Assembly: GCA_030704615.1 (NCBI GenBank)
Contig: CM060731.1
Coordinates: 88,350,001 to 88,414,000, forward strand
DNA length: 64,000 bases
Source: Takakia lepidozioides
Taxonomy: Eukaryota; Plantae; Bryophyta
Reading direction: 5' to 3'
Shown: piece after piece, positions 11,683 through 26,014 of the stretch
Position numbering within the stretch: position 1 is the first letter of the stretch
Layout of the letters: each line of letters opens with the position of its first letter
Translations under genes and position numbers: made by a program
Notes under the pieces: model-generated
What the model was told of the DNA's origin: nothing
Database searches by the model: none
What the model saw: only the letters and a program-made list of their open reading frames with translations

Positions 11683-14303
11683 TGTGAAAACAAGTGCCCA
11701 CACAAAGCTAACATGGTGCACAGTCAAGCATGCAGGTGTGGAGGGGATCCAAACACAAGAAAATCAAGACAACAACTCCCCCACACCAAGAACACTCCAC
11801 AGTGTCGCTCCTGCAATGACACCCCAGCCCAAACCCGGACCGACTCTTGCCTCCACCTACGGAAAGGTTTTGGCCTACAGAGAGGGTGAAAGACTACAAG
11901 GAAGAGAGACTAAAGCAATTCCTAATCCCAGCATGCCCTCATCCCACTATCCTATCTCCACACTCTCTTACTTTGAACAATAGACAAGACTACCTTTTAA
12001 GGGTCTCTCAAATAACTCTCCAGGAGCCCTCAAGAATATGTCTCTCAAACAATCTCACTAAGGCTCCCAATCCTTGCACGATAGGACTCCAAAACAGTAC
12101 ACCAAGGCCCCAAGAGCCTGCCAAAACTTGGCCCTCGAGGACCCCAATAGTCCTTCACACAAGTCGCCAAAGACTCTTCAAGCTCGCCAAATATTGGCCT
12201 CCAAGGACCCCAAATAGTCCTCCAAAGAACTCCAAATGGTCCTCCAAGGACTCCCAATGGTCTTCCAAATAGTCCTCCAAAGACTCCCAATGGTCCTCCA
12301 AACAGTCCTCCAAGGACTCCCAATGGTCCTCCAAGGACCCCAAACAGTCCTCCAAGGACTGCCAATGGTCCTCCAAAAGGTCCTCCAAGGACCCCAAACA
12401 GTCCTCCAAGGACTCTTCCTATATCACCATGTGCCCAATGCGTTCCCAATGGGTTCCCAATAAGTTCCCAAAGTTCCCTAGGAATATTCCCAAGAATATA
12501 CCATAGTATTCCCCCAATATTCCCCTGGGGCCTATACGTATTCCCCTTGTATTCCCCTTAGGAATAGCCATTTCCCCCTCATAGAGTAGTTCATTTCCCC
12601 CCAGGGTTTAGCCATTTCCCCCTAGGCTTTAGCCACTTCCCCCTCTATTTCCTTAAGGTTTAGCCTTACCAAGCTAGGGTTTGTGCTCCTTGGGGCTCTA
12701 TGCTTAATCCCCTCAAGCATCCATGAATTCTATGGGGTACCAAGGCAAATTCCCTTGATCTTCTTCACCTTAAGCTACTCAAGTTTGTCTCCAACTCAAC
12801 TAGCAATGCATTGGCCACACAACAAGCTCAATTTCTCATTGGAACTCCAAATCAAGCTTGTATCTCCTTTGGCAAGCCACCAAGCCTTGTCTCCTCTCAA
12901 GCCTTGGTCATTCAAGCTCCATTCACTTGCTAGCTCAAAGAGCCACTCCTCTTAAGCTTGAAATTGCAAAGCTCAAGCCAAAAACATGCTCCACACATGC
13001 ATCATCTCGTACACAAGGGAATCAACTTGCTCCCTTTACCTTCTAGCTCTCCTCAAGCTTGAAATTGGAAGCCACACTTGGGAAGCATGCTCCACATAAG
13101 CATCACTTGCTTGATCAACCATCCACCACAAAACTTAAGCCAAAAGGGAATGAATACATAAGCTTCACCTTCCCCTTCCTTGTCTTGTCACATGCTAATG
13201 TATGGTTGAAGTTGCTATGCATACCTTGAGCCACAATCTCTTTTCTTCATGAAGACCACCTCCAATGATCTCCCACATGTGCTCCAAGCTCTTCAATGCT
13301 CTAGGCTTGGTTTCACATCATCATGGATAGAATTTTCACCCATATGCTTCCTTTCAAACCTCTTGAGCTTCCTAATGCTCTCCAAGTGTTTGCCCTTGTT
13401 GTCTTCAAGCCCAAGCCTATGTAGCTCCTTGGCTTCTCTTCCACAACATCCACACTTGAGCTTGCTTAATCCTAGATTGATAGTGAAATGAGCACTAACA
13501 ATTCTTTGGTTGCTCTCCTCAAGCCATGGCACATACCATTGACTCCATAATGCATAGAAATGATTCTCAAACCCTAGAATCCATGCTTCCACACACACAA
13601 GACTTCCCTCTTGCAATCCTTGCAAATCTTGTGGCAACAAGCTCTTTCTTGAGCTCTCCAACACCTTGGTGTAACACCACAAAAACCTTTCCTTGCAAAG
13701 GCTTGTGATCTACAAGAGCTCCATCTTTGAGCTCTCCACCTCCTTAGGGCAAAGCAATATCTCTCAAAGCCCTAACACCACAAGGATTTTCCTTTGTAAT
13801 ATATGCAACACCTTGCAACACAAGAGCTATCTTCCCAAGCTCTTCAACACACAAGTGCTAAACTAAGCCTTACACTCCGCACTCACAAGCATAAGGTCAT
13901 CTTCTTGTAGTGATAATGGAAGTGAACACAAGGGAAATACTCCACTCATGAATCCACTCAATCACATAAACTAAGTCAAGCCAAGGGCACCCTTCCTAAG
14001 GGAATCCACCCTACAAAGCCGTCAACACACTCCCTCTCAATACCTAGAGCTATGGAGGTGAGAGAGGCTCATGGAGGCTCAACTACAAGAAGATGAGCCG
14101 TCCTCAACACTCACAAAGGGAAAACCCATCCCCATGTCCCAAGTGAGGTTTGATACCTCACTTGGCATGTGAGACCAAATGAAGTCCCAACACACAAAAT
14201 ACAAATATAAATATCCAAAATGTCCTAGTTAACTAGAAGTAGGTAATTCTAGCTAACCATGACTAAAACCATGACAATTATCTTATGCAAGTATGATTAA
14301 CAC
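11683..14303. mobile_element. Putative LTR / 5' non-coding region of the minus-strand Gypsy (boundaries approximate)
   Basis: Non-coding, CA-rich, lies upstream of gag, contains internal tandem repeats; no clear PBS seen. Confidence 0.4.
12135..12415. repeat. Degenerate ~21-bp tandem repeat (GTCCTCCAAGGACTCCCAATG-like)
   Basis: Directly visible; gives repetitive LEDHWES / VLGGLFG translations. Confidence 0.85.
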
Positions 14304-14311
14304 AAGGGCCG

Positions 14312-15688
14312 GTGGAAGGGAAGACATCAAGAAAGCTCACCCAGGGGGAGATGAATGATCTCAGATTGCAGGTGCAGAATATTGCCACAATTACTATAGA
14401 CGATGTCTATAGTAGGATAACGGAGTTACAAGATGATGTGGAAGGGCTGCAGACTCAAGTGGATGACCTAAGTTCCAATATTGACAAAAGAATCTTTGTT
14501 CATGAGGAGCAGTTGGTGACTACTTATTTGCATGCCAGGACTCTGATTTTTCAGTTTTCTTCACAGGAGGTGCAGGAGTTGCCGGTAGTAAGAGGGACAG
14601 TGGCGGCAATATCACAGCCCCCACAGCAAGTGGCTGTGCAGGTGGCTGACCCTGTTGATACCATGACAAAGCCACAGTCTGAGGTTTGGGGGGATGCTGC
14701 TTTTAACCCACCTATGACTCCTGCTGCACTGGAGTACAATCGGGCTATGATTATGCCCTTCAACCAAATTCCCATTGTGATGGATTTGGCTTGGAATGAA
14801 TTCAGCCCTCCACAGTCTTTGACACATTATTACCAGATAATGCGCATTTGGTTGCCAGTGGCAACTCGGACTAAGGTTCTTCCGAACAATCGACCCATTG
14901 AGGATCATCATTTTGCAAGGTACTGGTCTGAGGCGGGCACCATGTTGAAGGAATTAATTGCCTTCCAGGTTGTTCATGGGTACATCTATACCAAGACCAA
15001 TGAAGTATCTAGTATTGTCATGGGCTGTGGATTATACTATGCTACTTGTTTCATTGCACGTCATCACATTGAGCAGTAGAAGATGCAATCACGATTTCTG
15101 AGTTATTCCAGTGGGGATCATTGGGTCTTACCTTCAGTTCCACCCCATATGTATTTGTATGATGCGAAAGTCATGATGCAGACGGATTCCCAGCTTCGTT
15201 CATGGTTTAATTTAGCTTGGAACAACTTGGCCAAAGAGAAATTGGGCCCTGATGATATTTTCTATAAGGGACATGAAGCTTGGAAATACTTACGCTATTC
15301 CAAAGTCATTGGCACACCTCTTATCTATACGGCCAAGGAGTTCAGGGAGTTCACTCATTTTGCTTGTAAGCGATTAAATCAAGTAGTACAGTTTAAGCTT
15401 CCAGACATGGTGGGCCAACACTGTATGCCACGCAGGATTCATGAGGAGTCACTTAAAGTTCGGCCACTGAAACACCTCAGGGGGGAAGATGATTATGATA
15501 CTACTGGTTCAGTGGAGGGCGATTTTGACATGGCGGAGGAGTATGAATTAGCAATGGCAGACAAAAGACAACGGGGATCTCCTATACCACAACATTTACC
15601 TCTGTCTCAAACTAACGCAGGGTTGGCAGTTCCAGCTAGTCGACACGCATCTCCATCAGCCAGTGTTAGGCAGGCTGTTGGTGTATAG
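14312..15688 (+). pseudogene. ~450-codon ORF of unknown function with N-terminal coiled coil and one internal stop
   Basis: ORFs 14312..15079 and 15083..15688 are in the same frame, separated by a single TAG; heptad pattern ITELQDDVEGLQTQVDDLSS. Confidence 0.55.
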
Positions 15689-18600
15689 GGGGGTGGATGG
15701 TGCTTCGGGAAGGTAAGGGGTGAAGTGGGCGGCGATATGCTTGTAATTATACGTTAGGGACAAGATGTTCGGTTGGAAATATGTGGCATAGCGGTCTTGT
15801 GCATCTGCTGGGAGTAGTGAAATAATGTTGGCAATGGTTGGTGGGCCTGGGTTAGGGTGAATGTCACCACATCGGAGAAGAGTGAGTGTGGTACAAGTGT
15901 TTTGGTACATGACCTCCGGTGATGGGGGGCGGTGATAATAGTGTTTAGATTTGAGGGGTGGGTAAGGGTGCCACCCATGTGGGCTGTAGGTGACGATGGT
16001 TATTGAGGGGTGTGACCAGAGACAACTTTGATGGGTATGGGTTGTTGGCATGTGGCTGGTTACTAATGCTAGGGTAAGCCCCAGTAGTAATGGTGGAACT
16101 GGTGGGTTGTGTATAGGTGGGGGGAGTGTATAAGGGGGATCGTAAGGGGGTGGGATGGTCGATAGGGAGCTGGCGAGGGAAAATGAATAGTTTGTGTGGT
16201 ATCATGTATTGGTGGGGGGACGTGGTGTTGGGGTAGGATATATTGTATGTGAAGGGTATGTGGTGGTGTGAATGGTGAAAAGGGAGTTCGTGTGTAAGTA
16301 ATGTTATGGGGTATTGTGGGGACGGGGCAGGGTAAATAAGGGGAAGGGGTGCGGTTGGGTGCGAACTGGCATGAGCGGTATAAGAATAAGTGAAAGCGGG
16401 AGCTAGGTTGATGGGATTGGTGAAGGGATAACTAGTGGTATGTGGAGGATGGGAAACATATGGGTAAATATGAAATAAGTTGATGGGGGTGAAGGGGGGG
16501 ATATTAGTAGCTTGTATGGGGGTTAGGGTAGCCCCGTATTGGTAAGTACGCGTGGGGGGATGGTTAACATCAGTAGAATTGACATAAGGGTTAGCGCAGG
16601 TATTACCGTAATAATCACGGGTCTGGGCTGGGAGGAGAGAAATGATTGTATGTGATGTAGTGTTATCAATGATGAAGAGTGTGAAAAAATAAATATTGGT
16701 CCGCCAGTGGGCAGGATGCGTAGGTGTCGTGGGGGAATATTTGGGTGTAGTGTAACTTGGGGTTGATTTAAATTCTTTGATTGGGTAGAGGTATTTCGGG
16801 GTAGGGAGGTGGGGGTTTTTGTATATGAAGTGTACATCGATTGAGGTTGTCAAAGATAAGGAACTTAGTTGGATCAAATTGACGGATATTATTAGATTAA
16901 TAAGAGAGATGGATGTGTTAATAGTAATATGTGGGTGTGTGGGATGATGCCACATGGGCCAATATTGGTCGTAGATAGGTAGCATGGAGGTTATCATGCA
17001 GGTAGTTTTGAATTTGAGGTAGCAGATAGCAGGTTGTGGGCCTGCTGGCTTGTTGGTGCAAGGATGCAAGTGGGAGTATATAGAACTTAGGAAGGTGGCC
17101 AGATGGACAGCATCCTGACTAGCATATGGGAAGGTGTATGGGATTATGCCTGCATGATAGGTGGACTGCATGGGTAACGGGTGTAACTGGTGCAGTATCA
17201 AGAGTAGTTGCAGTCGCGGTATGGTTTTGTGGCGAGCGGGACAGAGTGATAGTGTGCACGGTCTATGGTGCAACGCTGCATAGTTCATGACAAGGGGAGG
17301 TCTGCCTTGTGTTGTCCCTATGTTGGGGTAAGGCTGGGGGAGGGCGGTGTTTCTAGGATTATTGTTGTGAATCTTGGGTGGGGCTGATGTACAGGTTTTG
17401 GGAGAGCCGTGAGCAGATGGTGGTGACAGCCGCGGTAGTGCTACGTGGTGTATGTCATATGGAGGGTGGTGGGTTTTTCTTAGGTCGTGATTAGATTGAG
17501 ATAAAGTATGGTGTGGGGTGGCATTTGTCACGTTGGTTGATGGAGAGTATAAATGGGTGTGAGATCGTGTTAATTTGGTGATGCGGGAATTTAGATTGTG
17601 AGTAGTATTGAATGGGCGTAACTTTAAATGTGCGAGTTTGGGAGCAATATTGTTTGTTTGAGTAGTGACTCGGGCATAAGTCGTCATGTGTAGAGTATTG
17701 TTTGTTTGAGTAATGACTCAGGCAGAAGCCTTCATGTGTAGACAGAGTAATGGAGAATGTTTGGTCACAGAAGTATGTAATGAGGGATGTATAGAGTCAA
17801 TTGTATGTAGTAACAGTAATATGATATCGAGAGTATGAGAGAAAAATTTGAGTGGCTCTCAGAACTGTCCACGGGCTGCTCCATTTGGTAAAAGATGAAG
17901 CAATGCCAGAGTATACAATCACTGGTCTTGTCGTGATCTGGTAGGAACAGTGCTGATGTCCATGATTGGAGTGGCTAATGTTGAGTTTGCAGGTCTGCAC
18001 AGAACGGTGAACAAGTACAAGTGAGTACATGGATCGGTGCAAGTACGGAGAGGCGGCGTATTGTATCACAACCGCATCTATTACATGATTAGACAAATTA
18101 GGAAGCTGGTGACACTGGCTGGGTTGCCAAGAGATGGTTGTGGACAACGCAGTGATGGAGCTTAGAGTTCCTTACCCTTGATGTGAAGGGGGGAACATGA
18201 AAAAGATCTGTAAAAGAGAGTAGTCCGATGTGGTAAATTACAACACATGTGGGAAGTGTATCTCTATATTGGTATAGGTCGCTCTTCCATATCGTTAATA
18301 CCTGATCATGCATGCCATCGCAGGGCTATTATCGTCATGCTGCCATGTATAGATTGAGTTATACCAAACCTGAATAACGTAGAATGATGTGATGTTGTGT
18401 GTATAAGAGAAGGTGAGGGAGTAGCACCTGAGTTGTTGAGAAGGTGGATGTTGGAGCTGATACATTGGCGGCTTAGAAGTCACATCATACCTTGTCTCTT
18501 CAGTGATCCGGCAAATGAAGATGGTAGGAGTACAGGATGCAAGACTAATTTGCTGAGATAGTGAATAAGCACAAATCGCTAGTGGTGTAGCAATACCTGG

Positions 18601-21600
18601 ATTGGTGGGAGGAAAGAGCAAGTGGAGATTTTAGGGGTGTAACAGCCACTCCATGTTCTGACATGCAAGCTGTCCAACATTTGCACGTGACATAATTCCC
18701 ACAAGTAGACCCGCCTAGAGGGCAGTGGTGAGACCTGCAGTTACTTCTGTAGATTAAAATTGATAGGCTCTTGCAAATAGAGGTCATAAGAAGTGACCGT
18801 TTATGGCATCTAGTAGCATGGAGAGGGAGCTGATGAAGACATTGGTGAGTGTTGCAAAGGGGAGGGGAGAAGGGCAATGCAAATCTGGGCTCCAGAATGG
18901 AGAGGTGTGTAAGCAGGGCAAAGGCTGGGAATTTACTTTAGCCGAGGCCACATATATACTTTGTACGGAGGGGAGAGTTCCGAGAAAGTGCTTGTATGCG
19001 GTTTCACAATCAAAAGCTGGCCAACACATCCTGCACATGGCAACAGACCACCCATCCCAACCCCAAAGAGCAAAGGCATGGACCGTTGAGTGTAGATAGA
19101 TTGTGGGTAACTATGGAAGCTGTAACAGAAAAAGATGTGGTTATATGATGGGTGACAGACTGAATGGAGGATTGAGTACTATCAGTGTAAGATTGAGTGA
19201 AAACATAGGGCATGCAAGTACAAAGTTTGTTAGAGTCTACAGTCTGAGTTCCGAGAAGCCAAATGGTGGAAAAACTTACCTTGTGCCTATAGAGCAGTAT
19301 ATAGTTATGCGGGCTGTAGAAAGGCATGGCAGCTAGTTGCATTTGAGAATATGACAGAGTGAGGATACAGTGAGTAAGTTGGAGGGTCACCAGATAAGAA
19401 TTGGTAGAGGTGGGAGGCAGAAACTCAAACAATGCAGCAGCCCATGGTGACAGCAGTGACGAGATATTTTCCGCGCTCACATCTTGCTTCAATAAACTGT
19501 TAATTTCTTGCAGCTGGGCACAAAATTCTGTAATGTTTGCAAGGAGACAGGGAGGGATAAAAAGACCACCAGTGGAGAAATAGAACTGTTGGGGAGGCGT
19601 CAGGGAAGTAGGCAGCAGTGTAGCGAGAGTCCAGATCTGCCCAGAGCAGCAGACAGCTGGTGCTTCGTAAATTCGAGTTGAGGGGGGACAGGCGGCGAGC
19701 TGGAGAGAGATTGTTGTCTCTGTTGAGGCGCTTGTAGGTACAGAGGTAGACCAGAGGTAGACCGACGAGCAGGGAGCCTAAGATCCATCGAGGCAACTAT
19801 AGTACAAATTACACTAGAAAATTCCAACTGGTCAGAAGCAATGGTGTTGATGTATTGTGGCTTATCTGTTTGTAGCAGAAAGCAAGGGAGAGGGTCAAAA
19901 TCAACAGACAAGAAGAAAGGTGTATTGGGTATAGTTGTGTAGGGTATGGTGTATATCAGGGATGTCATAGAGGGAGTGTGTAAGGATTCGTCAACCCTGT
20001 AGGTAGTGATCAGGTGTTGAAGCACATAGGACATAGGCAATGGTACAAGAACAGAGACCAGAGTGGGATGAGGCAGCTGCAAATACCTGTTACAAATATG
20101 AGAGGTGTGCACCTGGTGTTGAGAGAGTGCACTGGCATAGTAGTCACCAAGATTGTTAGCTGCAGATGAGTAGAAGGGAATGCTGCTAGAAAAGATACGG
20201 CGCGCATCCATCAGACTCCCGCAGCTGCAGCAAGTGTTGACAGGGCCAGTGCTCCATCGGGTGCCTGGCTCGAGATTGTGCTGGGCGGAGTGCTCTTGAT
20301 GCTGGCAGCCCGCGCTTGGACCAATAGGTCTGCCGTGAGCCTGTAGGTTTAGAGTGCAGCAACTAGCGGCAGAGTCGGTCTTGGGGCCGGCCTCCATGAT
20401 ATTAACGTCACTCTGGAAACACCGATGTCTTCGGCCTCCCCTGACTTGGACTCGGCAGATATAAACTGGAAGCACATAAGGAGGGGGTCTAAGTTGATCT
20501 TCCTCAGATAGAAATCTCCGAGTTTCGCTCCTTGGCCGTTCTGGCCTGTGCTCTTACTGCTCGTCGTTCGGACGTTCGGTTCCCTCTGCTCTAGGGCACC
20601 TCTTTCTCATGGAGGTTTTCAATGCTATGAACTAATCCCAGATTAGCTCTCTGCACTATGGGCAAATCTTGCAACCAATAATAGATGGGTCTACCAGGGC
20701 TGCATGCGTAGTCAGGTCTTATTTTTACCCTGTTCACTGATCGTTGGAATCTCCAACACGGTCTGGGCCGTGTGTTAAGCCTCATGGCAATAAAGAAGCA
20801 TCCTTGAGGCAGAGTCGGGGGTATCCTGGTTGTGAGGAGACCTGGGTAGAGGGGTATATCGCAAATCAACGTCTGTGCTCCACAAGAAGCTTGGGGGCGA
20901 GTCCGTCCAAGAGAGGCTTTTACCGAAATAAGAGTTGGTAGGTAGTTGCCATCGGCCAGTTGTAGAATATAGGCTCGGAAACTGGAGAACGGCTCTCATC
21001 ATGTTTGCAAAGCTCTCCAAGCAGATGTGCTGGGGGGTCCGGTGAACAGTGAGGTAGTCCGTCGCCATCACAATTTCGGCTGTGTAAAGAGAGGGTAAAC
21101 TCCAAGAGAGTAGGCCATGTGATTGCTTAGCCATAGCACACTTGTGCTGGAAAACAAAAAGACGACAGGATGGAAGTCGTAACCTGTGCAGGCGCATAAG
21201 TGCTTGGGGCGTGTGCTGATGGGCAGCCAGAGTAACATTTGCACACTTCGTATAGTGGTAGGGCTGCTGCTTATCAAGCCCGACGACATACTGCGTAGAG
21301 TGGCCATTGCGGTGAAGAAGCTCGAGCAAGGTCTCCTGAGCCCAATGCGGACGGTAAACTTGCGATAAATAGCTTGAAACGTGCGTATCAGGGTGGGGAA
21401 GAGGAGGGGGATGAGGCAAAAGCCAAATGTAGTGATACAGAATGTGTAGCGGGGGGAAGAAGCGGGCAGGAGAGCTATGGCGGCGAACCTCGCTAACCTC
21501 GGTAGTCTTGACTAGAGGGTGGCGAAACCGCTAACGGGGGAGTGAGAAATAGTACAGATAAGAAGAAGGTTTAGCAGGAGCACTAGATTGGCAGATAGCT

Positions 21601-21655
21601 GAGAGGTTAGCCGAGAGGAGCGAAGGAGAGCGGCGCTCCGCCCTCCCATCCTAGC
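15689..21655 (-). mobile_element. Degenerate 5' half of a non-LTR retrotransposon (related to the RandI/Dualen-like element nearby)
   Basis: Strong strand asymmetry, H/P/T-rich coding, 2A-like motif; ~20800-21650 resembles 34640-35330 and ~18590-18780 weakly resembles ~31320-31480. Confidence 0.55.
15842..15880 (-). other. 2A-like (StopGo) peptide motif LLRCGDIHPNPGP
   Basis: Matches the GD(V/I)xxNPGP consensus with H in place of the usual E. Confidence 0.65.
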
Positions 21656-21659
21656 GGTA

Positions 21660-22223
21660 GGTGTATGGCTCATATGGTTTTCAGAGTTTGCAATGTGAGG
21701 CTAGGGTTGCTTTGTGAGTTGACTCTGATGTGTGGCGGCAGTGATGGCGCATTTGTGTAAGTTGAGTTCCATGCCCAACCATAGATTGAATCTAAATAGT
21801 TTGTTAACTTGTCGGTTTAGGTGTTGTGGTTTGTGTGCCAGGATGGCAAGATCGTCTGCATATACTGCAACTGAGATGTCACTTGAGGAGGTTTTGTATT
21901 AATACCCAAGTTTGCCACGAGCTAGCCATCGGAGTAGGGGTTCTAGGAAGATAATGAATAGGTAAGGACTTACGGTGTCTCCTTGGATGGTTCCTCGGAG
22001 GATGGAGATAGGCGGGGTGAAGCCATAGTAGGCACCAAAGTATTCAGTGGTACTGTTTGTGTAGATGTTTCCTATAAGTTGGACGGCATCAGTGGGGTAT
22101 CCAAGATCAAGCATGATAGCGAGTAACCTAGCATGAGGAGGCGAAGACATTTTTAAAGTCGATATATAAGAGAGATATGTCTTGCTTTGTAAGTTTAGCG
22201 TCTTCGAGGGCGGATAGAACATG
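21660..22223 (-). pseudogene. LINE reverse transcriptase, C-terminal part (RandI/Dualen-like)
   Basis: LEDAKLTKQDISLLYIDFKNVF; RGTIQGDTVSPYLFIIFLEPLLRWL; YADDL. Confidence 0.85.
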
Positions 22224-23073
22224 CACTACAATACAAGCTTGGCTTTTCGACTCTGTATTTGACTCATTTTTTAGTCATTTGCGACATTTTTACTCCCAAC
22301 CTCCATAGTCGAACCTGCGTGACAAAGGTCGAGTCGTTTCAGTCAACCAGTCAAATCCAGATGTCAGGTTCTGACAGTGAAATGTGACAGTAATACCTAG
22401 GGGGTGACGTGTAATAAAGTGATTGTACCACAATATGACGTGGATGAGACGTGGCTATAACGTGTAGTAAAGTGGTTTAACCTTCATTATGACATGGATG
22501 CATGATGTGTAGTAAAATGGTTTTACTGTAGTATGACATGGATACATGACGTGTACCTAGTATATATATACATAAATATAAAATATGGTTTATATCTAAA
22601 TATATAAATGTATATAAGGCTTTTTGTTTAATGTTTGGTTTTATTGTTTTTATTTATTACTGTTATTTTGTTTTTTCATTTATTTTTCATTTTATATCTA
22701 TATAAATGTGAATTAGTGGGTTTTCTATTTAAATTTATTGATTCGCTGCACTGCATTGAAAATATATTATAAATACAATAAAACATAGAATACAAATACA
22801 TGGCAGGATCCAAAAACATTTGGATGGCTCAAAACTGGTTTATATCAAGAGTGTTTTTTAAACAAGTTTTGGCCACATTCTACAGATGACCAAGATGAGG
22901 GCCACGTTGCTATATCCATAGATCACTGCCCAAGTGAAGTCATTGGGTAAGGAAAATCTGATGTGCAGCTAGGTAAAGCACTATTGTAGACATGTCAAGA
23001 GAACATCAGAAATCATTTCGAGAATGAATTCAGGAACTTGTAGTTCTTGAGAATGGTGGTGCCAACTACCATG

Positions 23074-23917
23074 CACTACAACAGATCGCGGTAGTTATGA
23101 CTGCCAAACCGTGGTAGTCATGGTTTTCATGACTTTGACCATGACTGCACCATGTTTTTATATGAAATTGACCTCCCGCAGTCGTTCATACGACTGTAAT
23201 CGTATGAATGACTATCTAAATAGTCGTCTGTATGACTACATGGCTGAATGGGCGGAAGGCTGGTCAACGGCAATTGACCAGATTTAGCTCATCATTCATA
23301 GTCATTTCCATGACTACAGTGTACATGGATGAGGTTACATAGTCATGATGACTACTGGGGATTTTGTAATTTGGTGTGTATAATACAATTAAAACACCGT
23401 ATAATCATATGAATGACTAATGGGTGTATTGGTTAACAGGTAGTGAACTATAATTCTTATAGTAAAGAGGTTGCAGGTTCAAACTCCTCTAAGTACAATC
23501 AAATGGATAAGATGGCCCTAGGGTTAATAGACGAGCTAGGGATAGCACATGGTACCCTAGATGGATTGCCACGTGGTTTTTTCATTATTATAAAATGCAT
23601 TATGCCACGTAGCACAATGCGGTGCGACGCGGCATTTGACATATATTTTTATTTTTTAAGTTTTTTAATTTAATTTAATTTTTTAAATCAATTGCGCCTC
23701 GCCATGTGGCGCGGCAGCGGCGGCTGCAGTATGGTATATATGACTGCAGTGAGAGATAGCACTTGGTTCATATGACTGTAATCATCCGGACCGTACCATC
23801 CTGTACTCATTGTATTGACTTGGTTTGCACGACTTACAGTCATAGAAGTCATATGTACCGTTTATGACTGCAGAATAGTCATATATACAGTCATAAATAC
23901 CGCGATCTATTGTAGTG
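23074..23917. mobile_element. Small non-autonomous CACTA element (844 bp), nested
   Basis: TIRs CACTACAACAGATCGCGGTA / TACCGCGATCTATTGTAGTG; TSD ATG; many ATGACT subterminal repeats. Confidence 0.92.
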
Positions 23918-23920
23918 ATG

Positions 23921-24420
23921 TCACCCAAAGTGACATCCACTTGATCCAAGGCTGCCTCCACAAACATATCCACTAAGACAGTGTTTAGAATGACATCTAG
24001 TGATACAATTCCAGCTTTAAAGATGTCACCATGGGCTTTTGTGCCCTTTTTAGGGCTGCCAGGCTCACATTTGCCGTAGATGTACACCAAGGGAATGTTC
24101 AGAATGACATCTGGTACAATTCCAGCTTTGATAATGTCACCATGAACCTCTTTGCCCCTTCCCAGGGCTGCTAGGCTCGCATATGCATATTACAAACACA
24201 AATGAATATGACCTGGTCTGGCTTCATCCCTTCCCACATCATTTGCTCTTAGGTTTCCAAAGCCTTAATCCCATACCCATGCTGCACATATCTTGTAATC
24301 ATGGCACTCCAAAACACCACATCTCGTTTAGCCATATTGTCGAACTCTCCCTTCGCATTAGGCTTGATGTACCCACAGTCCACCAGGGCAGAGTTCAGAA
24401 GGACAACTGGCATGCACTCT
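23921..24420 (-). pseudogene. PLS-class PPR gene fragments
   Basis: HGDIFKAGIVSLDVILNTVLVDMF; FDNMAKRDVVFWSAMITRYVQHG; disrupted. Confidence 0.85.
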
Positions 24421-25019
24421 CTTGGCATGAATAGCTGAAAGAGCATGGATAGAATGTGGGTTCAGATTCATGCAAGAGGGCGTTCAGCTTCCTATACCTT
24501 CCACGATCAGATCATATCGTCAACCTACATCTGAAACTATGGATCAGTTCAGCTCGACTTCATACCATACCGATAAACTAAGCACTCCACACTGCTTTCT
24601 AGTACAAATCGACACCCTACCTTTGCTGATTTATATACACAATAATCTTAGTGTCATGTCAACGAGGACTTATGAATTGTACTTCTAGCCATCGCTAATT
24701 TAGATACTTTGTACACCTTGAGAGTTTCTGAACCGAAAGGTTCTCTCTCACTATCCATTGACTTTAGCTTTCAGTGCTCACCCCACACATGCCACAATGG
24801 ACTAGTCTCTTCTAAACACCAAGCACCGCAATGTTCAGCCCTACCATACATGCTCTCAGTTCAGAAAAAATGAAATCCATGACGCCCTTACACTTCAAAC
24901 GGAGATTCGCTTCAAGCACAAAATTACCTATGATTCTTTGCCCTGCCCCCTATAAACCAAGGAAACAATTCAACAGATTCAGATACTTAGCTCTGTCTCT
25001 TGCATGAGTGCATAAGGAA

Positions 25020-25500
25020 GAAAGCCTGCAAGCATCGCGTTCCATGACACCACATCTCGTTCAGCCATACTGTTGAACACTCGCTTGCATCCTCAATGCA
25101 CCCACATTTGGCATACATGTCCACCAGGGCAGGGCTCAGAATGACATCTGGTACAAATCCAGCTTTGACGATGTCACCATGGACCTCTTTCCCCTTTCCC
25201 AGAGCTCTCCAGCCTTGCACACGCATTGCAAACAGTACAAACAAATTTGATGTGGTTGGGCTTCACCCCTCGTGCAGCAGTTGCTCATAGGTCTCCAAAG
25301 CATTCCTACCACATCCATCCTTGGTAAATCCTGCCAACATTATATTCCACGTGATCAATGATCGTTGAGGCACTCTGTGGAAAACTTGGTGAGCATCCAC
25401 GATGCTCCCACACTTAACATACATGTTGACTTGAGGGTGTTGAGTAGAAAAACATTTGGCATGAATCCACTTTGGATAATGTGAGTGTGCACCTGATTCC
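25020..25500 (-). pseudogene. PLS-class PPR gene fragment
   Basis: GKEVHGDIVKAGFVPDVILSPALVDMYAKCGCIEDA; frameshifts. Confidence 0.9.
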
Positions 25501-26014
25501 AGCTTCCAAACCTTTCATCTTGATGCACTTAAGCAAGAGAAAGACATATGTATCTCAGTCTGCTGAAATGCCTCGTTGGTTTAAAGTCTGTAGAGCCTCT
25601 GTCAGTCTGCCTACCTCACAAAGCATCTTCACATGCCCAGCAGAAGAGGCATTGTGGACTCCCTCTCTTGATCCTCTTCCAGAAGCTGTTTTTGGATACT
25701 TTCCTGCTACCACATCGGCAGTAACTTGTCAAAGTCACTCCTAACCACCACAGATCCACCCAACGAGCTAACTTACAGAATGCAATATGCATCTCAGGGC
25801 CGAGTCTGATGAGAGGGTAAAACAGGCAGAAATAGGTTGAAGAAGAAGGTGCCCTCACCACATTGTCGACCTTGACCTTGTGTCATGACCCATGGAGGAT
25901 TTGACAGACCATCAATCCAAAGAACCTCTTGTGTGTACTGCTTGTGTCCATCGTCAGGAACTGTCGGATTGGTTTGTGAGAACCACCACGGTGCAGCTAA
26001 GCAGGCAGAGATTG

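Noticed and set aside
12045-12463. Repeat-protein ORFs
   Set aside because: They are products of a ~21-bp tandem repeat that is open in several frames
15945-17687. 580-aa ORF as an extensin-like host gene
   Set aside because: Its composition reflects LINE strand bias, and it is embedded in degenerate retroelement sequence
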